NCBI GenBank assembly: GCA_964016885.1
Contig: OZ024740.1
Span: 180,916,001 to 180,980,000, forward strand
Direction: 5' to 3'
Source of the DNA: Eledone cirrhosa
Taxonomy: Eukaryota
DNA: 64,000 bases
Positions 40,441-54,823 of this stretch are shown here, in pieces. The notes beneath the pieces are model-generated. The model ran no database searches. It was given only the letters and a program-made list of their open reading frames with translations, and was not told the DNA's origin. Both the position numbers and the translations under genes were made by a program. How positions within the stretch are numbered: the first letter of the stretch is position 1; each line of letters opens with the position of its first letter.

Positions 40441-42970
40441 TGATTGAAAATTATATTCATGTTCAAAAATATTTTACTTATCAAGAAATATATATTGAGA
40501 CTCCACTTCCTTAAAAAAGAAATATATACTCCAATTCAAGCTAACACTCTGAGGGTGTCTATGCAAAATTGATCCATTGGCCTGGATTCCAAATTCAGGC
40601 AAGCCTATAACACCTTTACATCTTACGCGCAGCAAAATGCAAACTAAGACATATAGCAATGGTAGTAGTCGTATAGAGAGAAAACAAGTGGGATATTTAT
40701 ATGAAATAAACTGTATTCTCTATACGTATTTGAAATCAATTCTTTACACTCCAACAAACTCAAGTGAATATTGTTGCTCCATGTTGATAAATATTCATAA
40801 ATTAATGTTTTAAATTCCCGAAATATATCCTTGCGAGATTAAAATCAAACGTCGACAGATAGTCAATGAAAGACGGATAGGAAAATGCAAGGAATGAAAG
40901 AATTACAGTGATAAGTTGTATGGCAATTTCGTTGGTCCAGGAGCTGGATTAAAGGTCCTCTTAAGGAAGACTTTATGAGAAGTAAATAGATAACTACGAA
41001 GAATATATTGACCTGAAGTCATTAAGGCAATGCCAGAATTCTGAACCAGGAACAAAATATTTATATCATGCATTTAAGGAAATGAGAAAGTTGAATATGT
41101 CGCTGAAACACCTAGAACGTTAAGAATCACCTAGAATGTTAAGAAGAAATAAATAAACATGGTGTCGGAAAAACATACTTCCATAAATCCCTCCCAGAGG
41201 GAAGCACCTATATTTTGTGTAGAGTTCCTATATTTGGATGATTTTGTAGTATTTTAAGACGATGATTTTGTAGTATTTTGTAGTATATTAATTATCCTAT
41301 CAAGCGTGAGGGGGAAATATAATATATATATATACAACGTTCATCCGAACATAAAATAATGGGATATAGTTTGTTGAATATATAATAATTTGGGAATTTT
41401 CCGCTGTGTTAACACGATGAAAACGAATATTCCTTTGAATATGACATTAGAATAATATTAGTAATATTCTCAGATTATTCTGAAATATATTCCCTTGGAT
41501 TAGATTTGTAGAGCCCAAATCAAGGAAAAACATAATTCCTTCAAAGTTTTCGGAGATAAAACGGATTCGACGTGTTAATACAATAAGGTTATGTCTGAAA
41601 TACGATAAATAAAGAACATTATTTGTTTCCAGAATACGCTTACAATAATATTAGAATATGAATTTCTATTTTTGAAAACATTTTGGTTTCTTTGAAATAT
41701 GTTCACTTATGTTCAAATATGTTCAAATATGGGCAAAATGTCATCCATGCGGGATGATGGATATAATAAATTACATCGATACAACAGATTTATTAATGCA
41801 ACATTGCATTTATCATATAAAATGAAATGCAAAGTCGGCATTATTTGGACTCGAATTGCAACTAAATACCGAAAGCCAGTTTGTTCCTCCCTCCCTAACA
41901 CCAGAATTGAAAGCTTACATCTTTAGTGATTGAAAACATTCCTCACAACATTCAAACACTAGATTTTACTCTCTGAGTTCATGTAGTGCAGAGCTTAACA
42001 TTCTCACTCATATTTTGGTGGGTTCGATATAATAAAGCACCAGTTAAAATATAGACTGATAAAATCCCCTGTAAGCAACACTTAAAATATTTGCGTTGAG
42101 TTAATGGCAGACTTTAGCGTTAACAGTTAACATTTACCTCTATCACATAAACAGCTCATTTTCCATAATACATATGTGGCGCAACAAGAAAGAGCGTTTA
42201 AAGCATTTCGTTAAATAATCGCCTCAATCATTTTGTATATCAAATTTTATAATGGAACTAATCTTCTGGGAGATAAAGAGGTGCTTATCCTGAATACTTA
42301 TTGTACCGAAAGGATAACGTAATTGAGTGCACGAATTCGTATCTCATTATATTTCGATGGCAATCTTAACAAATTTCGAATGACGTAGGAGCAATCGGTG
42401 ACAGTACGTATCTTCACATAGATGTAAATGCACTAATGGAATAATGCTATAGCTGTGGGTGCATTAAACAAGATTAACAATGGAATCCTACAAATATTCT
42501 CAAATAAAGGCTTCGTAACGGATCAGCATTGTCTACTGGTTACACAAAACGTGTTTTTACTACTTTGAAGATACGAGTTTATAAGAAAATAGTAAAAGTT
42601 TTCAGATACTTTGTATTTTTTATCTTCTTAATATTAAGTCCATAGCAACAAGAAAAGTATGAATTTGTTTCATAAGAAATTTACAAAGCTTAGACGTATT
42701 TGTGCATGATGTTGACAGAAACATTCTATTTTAGTTAGTTGTAAATCATCAAGACTTAATAGTGTGGCAAATTGTAAAAGATATATTCAAGAATGTGTGG
42801 TGCTAGAATAATTTGATTTACAAGCAATAAAATATTAAACAATAGTTGTATCGACATTTGTAGTTGGAGCTGTTATTGTTCAATAGTTTATTGACACGCA
42901 CACATGCACAGAGAGAGAGAGATAGAGAGATAGATAGAGAGAGAGAGAGGGAAAGAGAGAGAGAAAGAGA

Positions 42971-43003
<33 letters not shown>

Positions 43004-43136
43004 CACACACAAACACACACTCACACACACAAATATATCTATATACATATTGTCATATTTGGGGATGCTCATGCTGGCAATATAGCAGAACAAATACATA
43101 AAAGTATATATGCATTTATATATATATATATCAATA

Positions 43137-43319
43137 ATATTGTTTCTACATTTGGCACAAGGCCAGCAATTATCCCAGTGTATTAATGGTACTTTATTCT
43201 ATCGACCCTATAAGGATGAAAGGCAAAGTTATCATCGGCGAGATTTGAACTCAGATCATAAAGGGGCGTAACTCTATGGTGCAAAGCATGGCGTCCGACC
43301 CTTTACCGATACTGCCAAT
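43137..43319 (-). mobile_element. tRNA-derived SINE
   Basis: rc of family consensus. Confidence 0.9.
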
Positions 43320-43329
43320 ACAGCACTCT

Positions 43330-46300
43330 ATATATATCAATAATATTAATAAATGGGAGCTATCTTTATAAAACCACAATTTATTTTATATTTATTTCAG
43401 GGGTCCCAACATTTTCTTACCCTCTCATCAGATAAAATACAAAAGTTGGTTTACAGATAGTGACATATTCGGACAAGAACTTTATGTTGTGAGTTCTAAT
43501 TGAATAGTGCATAAAAACTTCAAATCACAAGATAAATATGCTAATGAGGATAACGTTAAAACTGAAAAAGATCGTTATGTTTAGACGCTAGGTAAATTTA
43601 AATAATTATTAGGATTATTTTTTTTAGAAGAAAAGGAAATAGGGGTTATTATTAGGGTGGAAGAAAATTTAAGGAAATATTTTAAGAAAAAAATATATTA
43701 AAGCTACTAACAGAATATTTATAGGAATGCACGTATATAATTGTCCGGAACGTATTTGTTGAGAGAATGAAATAATTATAATTATTTTTATTTATTTTAT
43801 TATTTAATTATATATTTTGGAAGTATTTATGTGTGAATTATAAATAAATGTGTTAGAATGACAGAATATTAATTTAAAATGTGAAAAATATCTTGTATTT
43901 ATATATACGATTGTGTCTATTCTACTGGTGTGTTTTAATATTATGAAGATTGCAGTTATAAGTATATTTTATTTTATTATATTATAAGATGTTAGTTGTA
44001 TATGCATAAATAATTTTGGTGAGTATATATATATTATTTATTTAATAGGTAAATAATTGTTTCTACTTTTCGCACAAGGCCAGCAATTACCCAGTGTATT
44101 ACTGGTACTTTATTTTATCGACCCCATAATGATGAAAGGCAAAGTTAAGCTTAGCGGGATTTGAACTCAGAATGGCAATTTAACAGATAAATAAATTTAA
44201 TAGATAAATAATTGTTTCTACAATAGGAACAAGGCCAGCAATTTTCCCAGTGTATTACTGGTACTTTTATTTTATCGAACCCCGTTAGGATGAACGCAAA
44301 GTTAACCTGGACGGGATTTGAACTCAGAATGGCAAGGGCCGTAACTCTATGCGTCAAAGCATGCGTCCGACCCTCTACCGATACTGTCAATTCAAGATAA
44401 ATAATGATAGATAAATCATTGTTTCTACTTTAGGCACAAGGACAGCAATTAACCAGTGCATTACTGGTACTTTATTTTATCGACTAAGGATGAAAGGCAA
44501 AGTAAACCTCGGCGGGATTTGAACTCAGTCCGTAAAGGGACGTAACTATGCTGGAAAGCATGGCGTCCGACTCTCTACCGACACTGCCAATCGATAAATA
44601 AGTGTTTCTACTTTTGGCACAATGACATCAAATACCCAGTACATTACTGGTACTTTATTTTATCGACCCCGTAAGGATGAAAAGCAAAGTTAACCTCAGC
44701 GGGAATTGAACGCAGACCTTAAATAGACGTAACTATTCTGGAAAGCATTGCGTCCGACCCTCTACCAATACTGCCAATTCACTGTTGGTTAGATATAGAT
44801 AACTTTATATCAGAAGAGTTATGATATGTTGGGCGAAGATACGTTTACATTTTCAATATATCTCTTAAGAATGTGGAAGTGATTCTATTTCAGTATAGAA
44901 GATGTGTATAATATTGTATATTATATAGTTGTATCAAGATAGAAATAAATTTACGAAATTTTTATATTTATCTAAAGTTTAAATGTTACGTAGATATTAG
45001 ATGTAAACATGTTTCCTTTCAAAGGTAATGATAACTCTAATATTATTAGTTTGCGGAGTTAAGTTATAGTTATATTTATCGTTTAGTCTCAAATTTACTT
45101 TCAAATTGTATTCTAATTGTAGCATATGGAAAAATAATTTTATATCGCATACGTTCTCAGATAAAACTTTTATGTACAAATTTTGATAACATTACTTATA
45201 CATATGTATAAATTTAAAATGCCTATAAAAAATATTAGAAAAAAGTTCAACGAACATCAAAATTACCTTCAAAAACATCATTAAAATCATTACAAAAAAC
45301 ATCACAAAAATAGCGAATTCATTTAAATTGAAACTGGACTATAGAGGCTATATATAATATTTTCTATAGATTATAGATGCAAACAAGAATTATATAACTC
45401 GTTCTTTTTGTTTATAGCATTTATAGGATTGGTAACTATGTGAAACATTTCTTCAATACAGAGATGACAAATTCTTGTGAGAGTCATATTCTGATATGCG
45501 GGCGATTTTGAAATCGTTCTCAAAGAGATCGAATAGTCAATATTATTTTCTTTTAAGAACCAAATTAAATGTGAAAATGATGTCGAGAATTTTTTGTCCG
45601 ATCTATTAAATGTGTGTTTATGATTATACCAGCGTTCCTTAAATTTTGTAGAAGTGGCTCCTATATAGTTATATAACTTATCTCTAGTTTTATGGTGCAT
45701 TTGTATACTAAGATTTTATCTAGCCAGTTATTCCATAGAGGGCAACCTAATTTGTTTTTGCAGTTACATTTTCTAGAGTTGTTGTGTAGATGAACGGTAT
45801 GATTATTATACGTACTGTTACTAGTAATATTATTATTGTGGTTAGCGTTTATTTGGGCTGAGTTTAATTTTAAGTTTCTATTATTAATTCTATTAATATT
45901 TTGGGCTATATTCATAGTAATAGAATAAGAGAGTTTGATTGTATGCCTGTTAGAAATAGAGTGGTATCTATAGGATTTAAGACAACACTTATCTAACGCC
46001 TTGAAAATAGGTTTGCTAAAGGTGTCTTAATTCCTAAGGAGATTGGAGGAGAATACCAAATAATATTTCTAGTTCTAGCTTTTTTGTTTGATCTACTATT
46101 TAGGTTAATTTTCTTGTTATTAATATTATAGTAAATTTTAGGATGTTTTTGTATACTATTGTTATCTATATATTTAATTTTATGCATGTAACCAGCTCTG
46201 TGTAAAGCATGGTTGTAATATTCTGCTTTATCATCAAATATATTTTTATTAGCTTAAATGCGTGATAGTCTTTGCTAGATTGCTATTGACTATAGCATCT

Positions 46301-47059
46301 TTCACATTTCTAGGGTGGTTAGAATGGAAGCTTATGTAGTTTAGGTTTTCATTAATGTTATGGAAAGGGTGATATAGGCCTAACCTAAGGTTTAAAGTAA
46401 CATCTAAGAAATTAACAATGTTATTATCATTTTCAATTTCTAATTTAAGGTTATAATTATGAAAAAAATTATATGATAATTGTCTTTTTCCTAAGTTCAC
46501 TGTTGCTATATTTATCGACTATAAGTAACACATCGTCGCTGTATAAACCATCAGCCTTCTCCGGCTGTTTTCTATGTAATACGTTAAGAATAAATATTCC
46601 AACGAGGTCCGTAACCTGCGCTGAGTCAATTGATCCCATTGTGATATCAATGTTGTTCTGTCTATCAGCCCTTGTCCAGAGGTGGTTGTTGAATTCAATA
46701 ATAGTTTTTCCTGCAGTTGAAAGAAAGTTTATTTCCTCGCTAGATAATTCAGTATGTTTTGATGCTTTATTAAGTAGATTATAGGTTATTGACGAATAGT
46801 AGTTAGCAATAACCACTTGTATAAATTGTTTTTATATTTTTATTTAATGTGTACGAACCAATCGATCACTTCGTTTGTACCGTTGTATGATTTATGCTTA
46901 AGTACTGGTATGATTCCATCTAGTATATGTTTACTAATTATAACTAGATCGGATTTAGATGGTGCAAAATGTCTGACTGGTAGTTCCGCTTCGAAATTCC
47001 TTTTGTGCTCCTTCATATTTATATTCAGTTGTCTTGGTATGAAAGGTTCAGTCCTATTT
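43330..47059 (-). mobile_element. Naiad-type PLE family A, copy 2: truncated RT, GIY-YIG, 3' UTR and 3' pLTR (decayed HHR at 43379-43438)
   Basis: ORFs 46469-46816 (MGSIDSAQVTDLVG, GLYSDD), 46249-46500 (VNFLDV, SNHP), 45993-46187 (IIWYSPP), 45661-45915 (CNC..CPL), 45371-45700 (YIG..FKER..CHLCIEE). Confidence 0.93.
44053..44778 (-). mobile_element. Head-to-tail array of four SINE copies inside the PLE 3' UTR
   Basis: Units at ~44053-44178, 44208-44391, 44415-44590, 44597-44778, each preceded by g(a)taaata. Confidence 0.93.
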
Positions 47060-47900
47060 TCTTCTTATATAAAGTTATATCTAACCAAAATTATTAATCT
47101 ATTAAATAAATGATACATATACTCACCAAAACTATTTATATATACATACAACTAACCTCTTATATTATAATAAAATATATTTATAACTGCTATCTTCATA
47201 ATATTGAAACAAACCAGTAGAATAGATCTAATCGTATATATAAATACAAAATATCTTTCACATTTTAAATGAATATTCTCTCACATTAACGCATTTGTTT
47301 ATAATTCACACATTATATTATAAATACTTCCAAAATATATAATTAAATAATAAAATAAATAAAAATAAATATAATTATTTCATTCTAGCTACACCCTTAC
47401 AATTACTTTCCGGACAATTATATACGTACATTCCTATAAATATTCTGTTAGTAGTTTTAATATATGTTTTTCTTAAAATCTTTTCTTAAATTTTCTTCCA
47501 CCCTAATAATTATTTCTCCTTTTAGCACAAGGCCAGCAATTATTCCAGTGCATTACTGGTACGTTATTTCATCGACCCCGTAACTAATAATAACCCCTAT
47601 TTCCTTTTCTTCTAAAAAAAATAATCCTAATAATTATTTAAATTTACCTAGCGTCTAAACAAACGATCTTTTTCAGCTATAACGTTATCCTCGTTAGCAT
47701 ATTCATCTTGTGATTTGAAGTTTTTATTCACTATTCAAATAGGACTCACAACGTAAAGTTCTTGTCTGAATATGTCACTATCTGTAGACGATCTTTTGTA
47801 TTTTATCTGATGAGTGCGTACCAACAGTTTGGTACCTTTGAAATATATATAAAAAAATAAATATGGTTTTATAAAGATAGATTCCATTTATTAATATATA
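47060..47900 (+). mobile_element. Inverted pLTR/3' UTR copy at the 5' truncation of family A copy 2; HHR at 47800-47858; SINE 3' fragment at 47508-47581
   Basis: rc of 43330-44050 and 44785-44817; attttat-CTGATGA-..gtacca/tggtac..-GAAA-tatatat-A. Confidence 0.9.
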
Positions 47901-48125
47901 TATATCACCTAAGAGAATATTAGTCTACCACTTCTTTTATACAATAAACGTGGTTTTGTCTGTGCGTGTAATTGTTTTTCACCGCTCGAAATAATGACGT
48001 ATTATATTCGTTTTTTTCCGTTCTTTGCCAGGGAACGTTTCCACGAACCAAACCATCGTCTTCCTATCTTCCTCCGGTTGCAACGTTTTCTGAAATATTC
48101 ATTTCTGTGTTCACGTATTGACTTT

Positions 48126-48174
48126 GTTTCAGAAGATCCCGTTAAGGGTGAAAGCAGCGATTCTTTGCTTAAAC
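48126..48174 (+). ncRNA. Hammerhead with U.U base and hairpin stem III (U4 changed to A)
   Basis: gttt-CAGAAGA-t-ccc-gttaa-ggg-t-GAAA-gcag..ttgct-T-aaac. Confidence 0.65.
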
Positions 48175-48432
48175 TTTAATCTGTTATTTTAATAAATATT
48201 TGCTCTACGGTTCTTATATATTTGATATATATTTATCCTTATCGAGCCCACTTTGGATTTTAGTCTTCACATTTATTATTATTACTTTATATATATATAT
48301 ATGGTCTTTAAAGCGATTAAATACCAATGAAGGTTGGAAGATCACTGATGAAGGACTACATTTTGACGCTATAGTCACTTATATATTATGAAATACTGTT
48401 AGCTTCTCGCTACAACAATTTCTATTATTTTC

Positions 48433-48519
<87 letters not shown>

Positions 48520-49643
48520 CAAAGGAATTGTGGTAATGAACCAGATGGACCATAACGCACCAGAGTACTCAATACTTAGGGTAGTAGAGTGGGAAATAGG
48601 AAAAAGTATGACCCCGACTGCAGAGCTCACGCCGTTTCGACCGCTATTTCTGGATGTGGGATCCTGTGTGTGGTGCCGGAACACGTTACATATTCATTAG
48701 AACATCAGCAGTAGGCTGCACTGGAAAATTAACTTTAAAATAGTAATTCCGCGGAAGCACTACACATAGTGTGATGGCCCAGCCTGATCATCCAGTCATG
48801 ATGGAAGACTTAGAAGATTTCACCAGCTATTAAATTGCTATAGAGAGAATCACCTATATTGTATATCTATACATATATATATCCAAACATCTAGACACGC
48901 GCAGAAAAACACACACGCGCACACGCGCAAACGTACATATATACATGTATATACATATATATATATAAAGATTATCATTAAGACCAGTAATACAACGAAG
49001 ACATAAAAGGATAACAGGAACGCACATTTCGTTGCTTTGACCAACATATCAACTTATGATATTATAATACACGCCCCGCTGTCTTTAGTTTCTCTACGCT
49101 TTAACACATGATGGTGTGGAGCAGAAAAAAGAAAGAGATACAGAAAATAACAAATCAGTCTCTGGGAAGGTTACAAAATGTGTAATTTGTTTATTTGACA
49201 ATAAACAAATAAACAACCATCCGGTTATTATATAGACCCACTGGATGACTATAATAAATTGAAGAGAAAACTAACAGTTGTATGTGTTTTTAATGGCAGC
49301 AAGATCCTCCCAAAATATTATATATATATATATATGTGTGAATATGAAAACAAGACGTGCTGCGTGGTTGCAAATTAGTAACATATGAATAAATGTATTC
49401 CTTCATCAGTGATCTTCCAACCTTCATTGATATTTCATCGCTTTAAAGGCCATATACCTCCAGTTGGTGCGAGCAACGGCTAAAGAAATTCGTTGGGACA
49501 CGTAAATAAGGGGAACGAGCGAGACTGTAAACAATCAAAGATGGTAATGCAAGGAAAAGTGAGGAAAAAGGAGTCAAGTCCCAGAAATCTGTGTCTGTGT
49601 ATGTATGGAGAAGAAGGCGTAGGAGACAAGTGGGGAAGGAATG

Positions 49644-49783
49644 AGAAGAAGAAGAAGAAGAAGAAGAAGAAGAAGAAGAAGAAGAAGAAGAAGAAGAAGA
49701 AGAAGAAGAAGAAGAAGAAGAAGAAGAAGAAGAAGAAGAAGAAGAAGAAGAAGAAGAAGAAGAAGAAGAAGAAGAAGAAGAAG
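49644..49783. repeat. Pure (GAA)n, about 46 units
   Basis: Direct inspection. Confidence 0.98.
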
Positions 49784-49895
49784 AGTGATGGACAGGGGAT
49801 AGGTGTGGTATTAATACCAGGGCTATGGTACGGAAGGAAAGGTTGGGCGAAGTAGAAGTGGACAACAGGGACGTGTAGTACTAATAATTTCACTG

Positions 49896-50077
49896 TTAAT
49901 AATTGTTTCTACTTTAGGCACAATGCCAGCAATTTACCAGTGCATTACTGGTACTTTATTTTATCGACCCCGTAAGGATGAAAGGCAAAGTCAACCTCGG
50001 CGGGATGTGAACTCAGATCGTAAAGGGACGTAACTATGCTGGAAAGCATGGCGTCCGACCCTCTACCGATACTGCCA
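49896..50077 (-). mobile_element. tRNA-derived SINE, close to consensus
   Basis: rc of the 21104-21298 type. Confidence 0.93.
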
Positions 50078-50539
50078 TGGTAAAGGGAACTGTCCGTGGG
50101 ATTAGCTTAAATGATGGAGTGACCTTAGAATTGACTGAGGAAGTAATTGTTTCTAAAAATATCTATCTTGGTATTTCTGTCTGTAATAATAACATGCCTC
50201 GTTTGTCCTTCTTAAACAGAACTGATTCTTCCCTGCTACTTCCTCTGTTGGTTGCGTCAGGAATAAGGACAACAGAAAGAGAGAAAGAAAGAAATCTACA
50301 GACAAAAATTTGAAATTTTCTCCATATATATGTATGTAAAAACATTGCTTTTTCCATATTCTCATTGTTCTCATTGATATTTGCAGTTTACTTGCATCAT
50401 AGACTTTCGTTTTGTGAAAAAGCGTACAAGCTGAAACCAGTACAAATGATACGCAAGTTCCTATTTTGTAAATAAATGTGTTGATGTTATTCGGGAGAAA
50501 ATCCCTTTAATATTTTCTACTGTTTTTTTTCTTTTTAAC

Positions 50540-50648
<109 letters not shown>

Positions 50649-51081
50649 GTATATACATATAAATGCCCTCTAGACGTATGGGAGTTTCATTTGATAGAAA
50701 TCATTAGTAATATCAAATAAAGTTCGTACTGTTGGGTATTTATACATTTTGTCGAAGCAGAAAAAAATAGGAAATGAGAGTTGGTTGGGAAGTATAACAA
50801 GGTGAAGCTAAGCGATAATTAGATTCAAAAGAGGTGGAGGATGTAGTAAAATCACTAAAATGTTTGTTCCATCAGACTTTTGATGAAATGCTTAGAATTG
50901 TGATGATTGCATTGCATTTTGAAAGATAGGTAAGCAATCATTGGGTAGTGGGCTTCACAGTGAATCTTCTTTACTTTATAGGGTAGGTTTACACCATTAT
51001 GAGCAGGAAACCGATCATACTTATTCATTTACAGACGCACATACAGCACCGACACACAGACCCGCATATGCACACACGCAT

Positions 51082-51112
<31 letters not shown>

Positions 51113-51175
51113 TATATAATATATATAGAGATATACAGATAGACAGATAGATAGATAGATAGAGAGAGAGAGAGG

Positions 51176-51238
<63 letters not shown>

Positions 51239-51924
51239 GGGGAGAGAGAGTGGAAAAGAGAGCGATATAGAGAGGGGGGAGGGGTGAAATGAGAAATAGC
51301 ACGGAAATACATTTACGGGTCTGTTCTTCTTTTCCCTATTTTTTTTCCTTTCTCTGATTTGGCAAAGGGGCATTATTGAAAACCTGAGCGGGACAATTCT
51401 TTTAAAAAGAGAATTTTATAATCTATATAAAGTATATAATGTATTACCGCTTTCGATGTATCATATCTTTATTAGTAAAATTCACCATATCAAATGTTGA
51501 ATATTACCATTAAAAATAATTAATAAAGGTTAAAAACTAAAAATTAAAGATTTAAAATTAAGCGGTAAGTTGTTTGCATCTTCCTCTTTGAGAATGAGAC
51601 TGGAAAATGAACTCTTGTATATATATAGAGCCGTGTGTAGTCATGGTTTTAGTAGCAGCGATGTTGATAGTTGTGTTTCTTCACATAGAACAAGATTGTT
51701 GTTAGGGACAAAGGAAATATTCTGTAAATATGTGTGTGTATCTCAAATGTGACAGTGCACTGGTCAAGTGTTCAAATGAGTGTGGCGAAGGGGGCAATTG
51801 TAAGGTAGATACACATTCTATGGGATTGGAGACAGTAGACTTGTAAAAGAAATTCTATTTTTGGAATATAGGTTTAGAGAGTGTGAGTGTGTACGAGTGA
51901 GAGTGTATATATAAAGAGATACAC

Positions 51925-51956
<32 letters not shown>

Positions 51957-52872
51957 CTGTCTGTGTGTGCTTCAACCTGTCTGTCACAGGTTCCTCTGTG
52001 GTATATATATATGGAAATGTCTGTGAGTGTTTATGTACACATAGGAACCTATATATGCACACTTGGGTAAATACAACCTTGCCCACTGTTCCTGAGTAAG
52101 AGACAGGTATCACAACTGGGACGCCACAGATTGTGGCTAGTTTGCTAGCCCCCAGAAAATGGATGCCGTGGTATATGTGAGGGTTTTGCTTCCGTTGCCT
52201 AACGGATTAAATTCCGAAAATACCGGTCACTATCAAATACGTATTCTCCTGTCTGTGGCGTACGTGAAGATTCGTGGAGTTGGATATTGTAACTCCTGTG
52301 AGAATCTCCGGGGTATCGCATTGACATATAGCATTTCAAGGGCATTTTAAAACCTGGTGGAGCCCATCTATTTTCTGGGTCTGAATACAGCAGATTTCTT
52401 CTCGAGAAGGGGTATTATGAAATAATGGATGATATAAAGTGTTATAGAGAAAGATACGTCCCCAATGCTAGAGAAGTACATTTTTTCGACCTTGAATTCA
52501 GGAATTGCATATTTGACAACCGCTGGATTTGAACTCAGAGAAAAGAGAGCTGAAACGAATACTACAAAACATTCGGACAACCCTAACAATCCGTGGCTAT
52601 TTACGGTAGTGGGGAAATATATATAAATATAAAAAAAAAGGTGATGACTTAAAAGCTTTGTGGGAATTTGAAATTTGAACTGAACCATCCCCGTGAAAGT
52701 AACCATAATAATAGTCGATTATTATAGAGCGTAGTTTGCAAAATCGGGTAGAGAGAGCTAGAAAGAAGCTTCTCTTAGGATTTGATAGTGGCAAATCACG
52801 GGTGCAATGTGAGTGCATTGACTAATACACTGAAATGCCACTTCTCGAACATTATATTATATTATATACCTA

Positions 52873-53064
52873 TGGCGGTGGATTGGCAGTATCAGTAGAG
52901 AGTCGGACGCCATGCTTTCCAGCATAGTTACGTCCCTTTACGATCTGAGTTCAAATCCCGCCGAGGTTAACTTTGCCTTTCATCCTTGCGAGGTCGATAA
53001 AATAAAGTACCAGTAATGTACTGTGTAATTGCTGGCCTTGTGCCAAAAGTAGAAACAATTATAT
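52873..53064 (+). mobile_element. Full-length tRNA-derived SINE
   Basis: A/B boxes, core and tail; attatattata(t)ac-like flanks suggest a TSD. Confidence 0.93.
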
Positions 53065-53199
53065 TATATACGTATGTCTATATCTATATATATGTATATA
53101 AATAAATACATATATGTGCGTGTGTGTTTCAGTGTGTGTGGGTGTGTGTATTTGTGTCTGGGTGTATAGGTGTGTACGTATGTATCGACACACGCAACA

Positions 53200-54756
53200 A
53201 CTAAAGATAACACAGGCAAGAAAAGCCACACACTCTGACTAACTTGATGTTACAACATCCCAGTAACAGGCTATATAGAATTTAAATCGCATCCAATTAT
53301 TCAAACTTCTATGTCACAATTATCACTCCCTAAATACGTCAAAGAAACAACTATTTTTATTTTTCATAAATACTTTTCCAATAAACACTTCACAGTATGT
53401 AGTATAGAAAGAGGAAATCCGCCATCACTGCCATACATTGATTTTACACATCCTATAAAAAATGTTATTATAAGAGACATTATGGAATGAACCGCAACGG
53501 AAAACTCTACCATACATCTCCACACACAACCCCCTCAACAATGAGGCATTCGACACCTTCCTCCAGAACATTCCTTTACTAAAAAGAGACCCAAGAATGA
53601 ACAAAATCCTCCAAACACACAACATCATACAGAGCAAAAGACGACCTAAATCCATAAAAAACATCCTCACACAAGCCAAAATCCAACAAACCCTCACAAT
53701 GAACCCTACAGTAACAACATTAGGAAGGCTCAACTGTGGCATATGCATAAATCTGATAGAAGCTTCAACATTCCATTTTAAAGAAGGACAACATTTCACA
53801 GTTAAACACAACTTTACATGTGCATCTAAAACCTAATCTATGTTTTGACCTGCTCAGGTTTTCAAGAGCACTACATAGGACAGACAGAAAACAACCTCCG
53901 ACAACGTATGACCGTCCATAAATCACAAGTCAAAATAGAGGAATTTAGAAAGATTGAATTTAGTGAAAATATCGCCAATTGTGCACCCAACCAACATCCA
54001 AACTTTAAAATGTGTTCCCATTTACAAATTCAATAGACAACGCTACTTTCACCCATCTTACCAATAAGGAAACGTATTTCATTAACAAATTCCAACCTCT
54101 ACTTAATACACTAAACTTCGGACTAAACTAAAACTGGAATGAACGATCAAACATTTACAAATACCTATGTCTCTCTAAAGAGTCACCTCTCCAACACCCT
54201 ACCTAATCCTTTTTCTTAAATAAATTAAATATCATCCATCATAAATTACCTCCGCCTGCATATTAATTCTCTAAAAAGAGAAACCATATCAAACCCCAGT
54301 CCACCATTTGCCTCCATCATGGATCAACTAAGCACTCTTGCTATATTAACACATTTTGATCTGCTTATCTTCAAGAACTATGCCTGTAAATAACATTATT
54401 TTTTCTTTCACATTTTTTTCTTTTTTCTTTTCACTTCATAAACCTTGTTTGTAAATAACATTATTCTTTCTGCACCATTTCTTTAACATGTCCAACACCA
54501 CCATTCTACACCAATACATATTATTATCATTTGATTATGCATAAAAATGCTGAAATCGGTAATAGACAATTATTAAATATATAAATAAATAAATGCCATT
54601 GTTAATTAATAAATAAATCAACTGATACCTTAACACTTCACACAAAGTAAAAAATTTCGCTTTAATCATTTTCTAACCCAGAAAAAAAGAGAGAAAAGAA
54701 ATAAAAAGGGGAAAAACAAATATTTTTCTTCCTAATAATCGTCCTTTTCTCCCTAT

Positions 54757-54762
<6 letters not shown>
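53200..54762 (+). mobile_element. Neptune-like PLE, 5'-truncated: RT thumb, CxxC linker, GIY-YIG, 3' UTR to (TA)n
   Basis: ORFs 53597-53836 (RRPKSIKNIL, NCGIC, FTCAS) and 53845-54036 (YIGQTENNLRQRMTVH). Confidence 0.88.
54525..54567 (+). ncRNA. Decayed hammerhead with U.U base
   Basis: TTGATTA-t-gcat-aaaa-atgc-t-GAAA-tcggt-A; in the expected position 3' of the PLE ORF. Confidence 0.5.

Positions 54763-54823
<61 letters not shown>

Noticed and set aside
44053-44778. Repeat array as CRISPR-like
   Set aside because: Units are 125-185-bp SINEs without unique spacers; eukaryotic context, no cas genes
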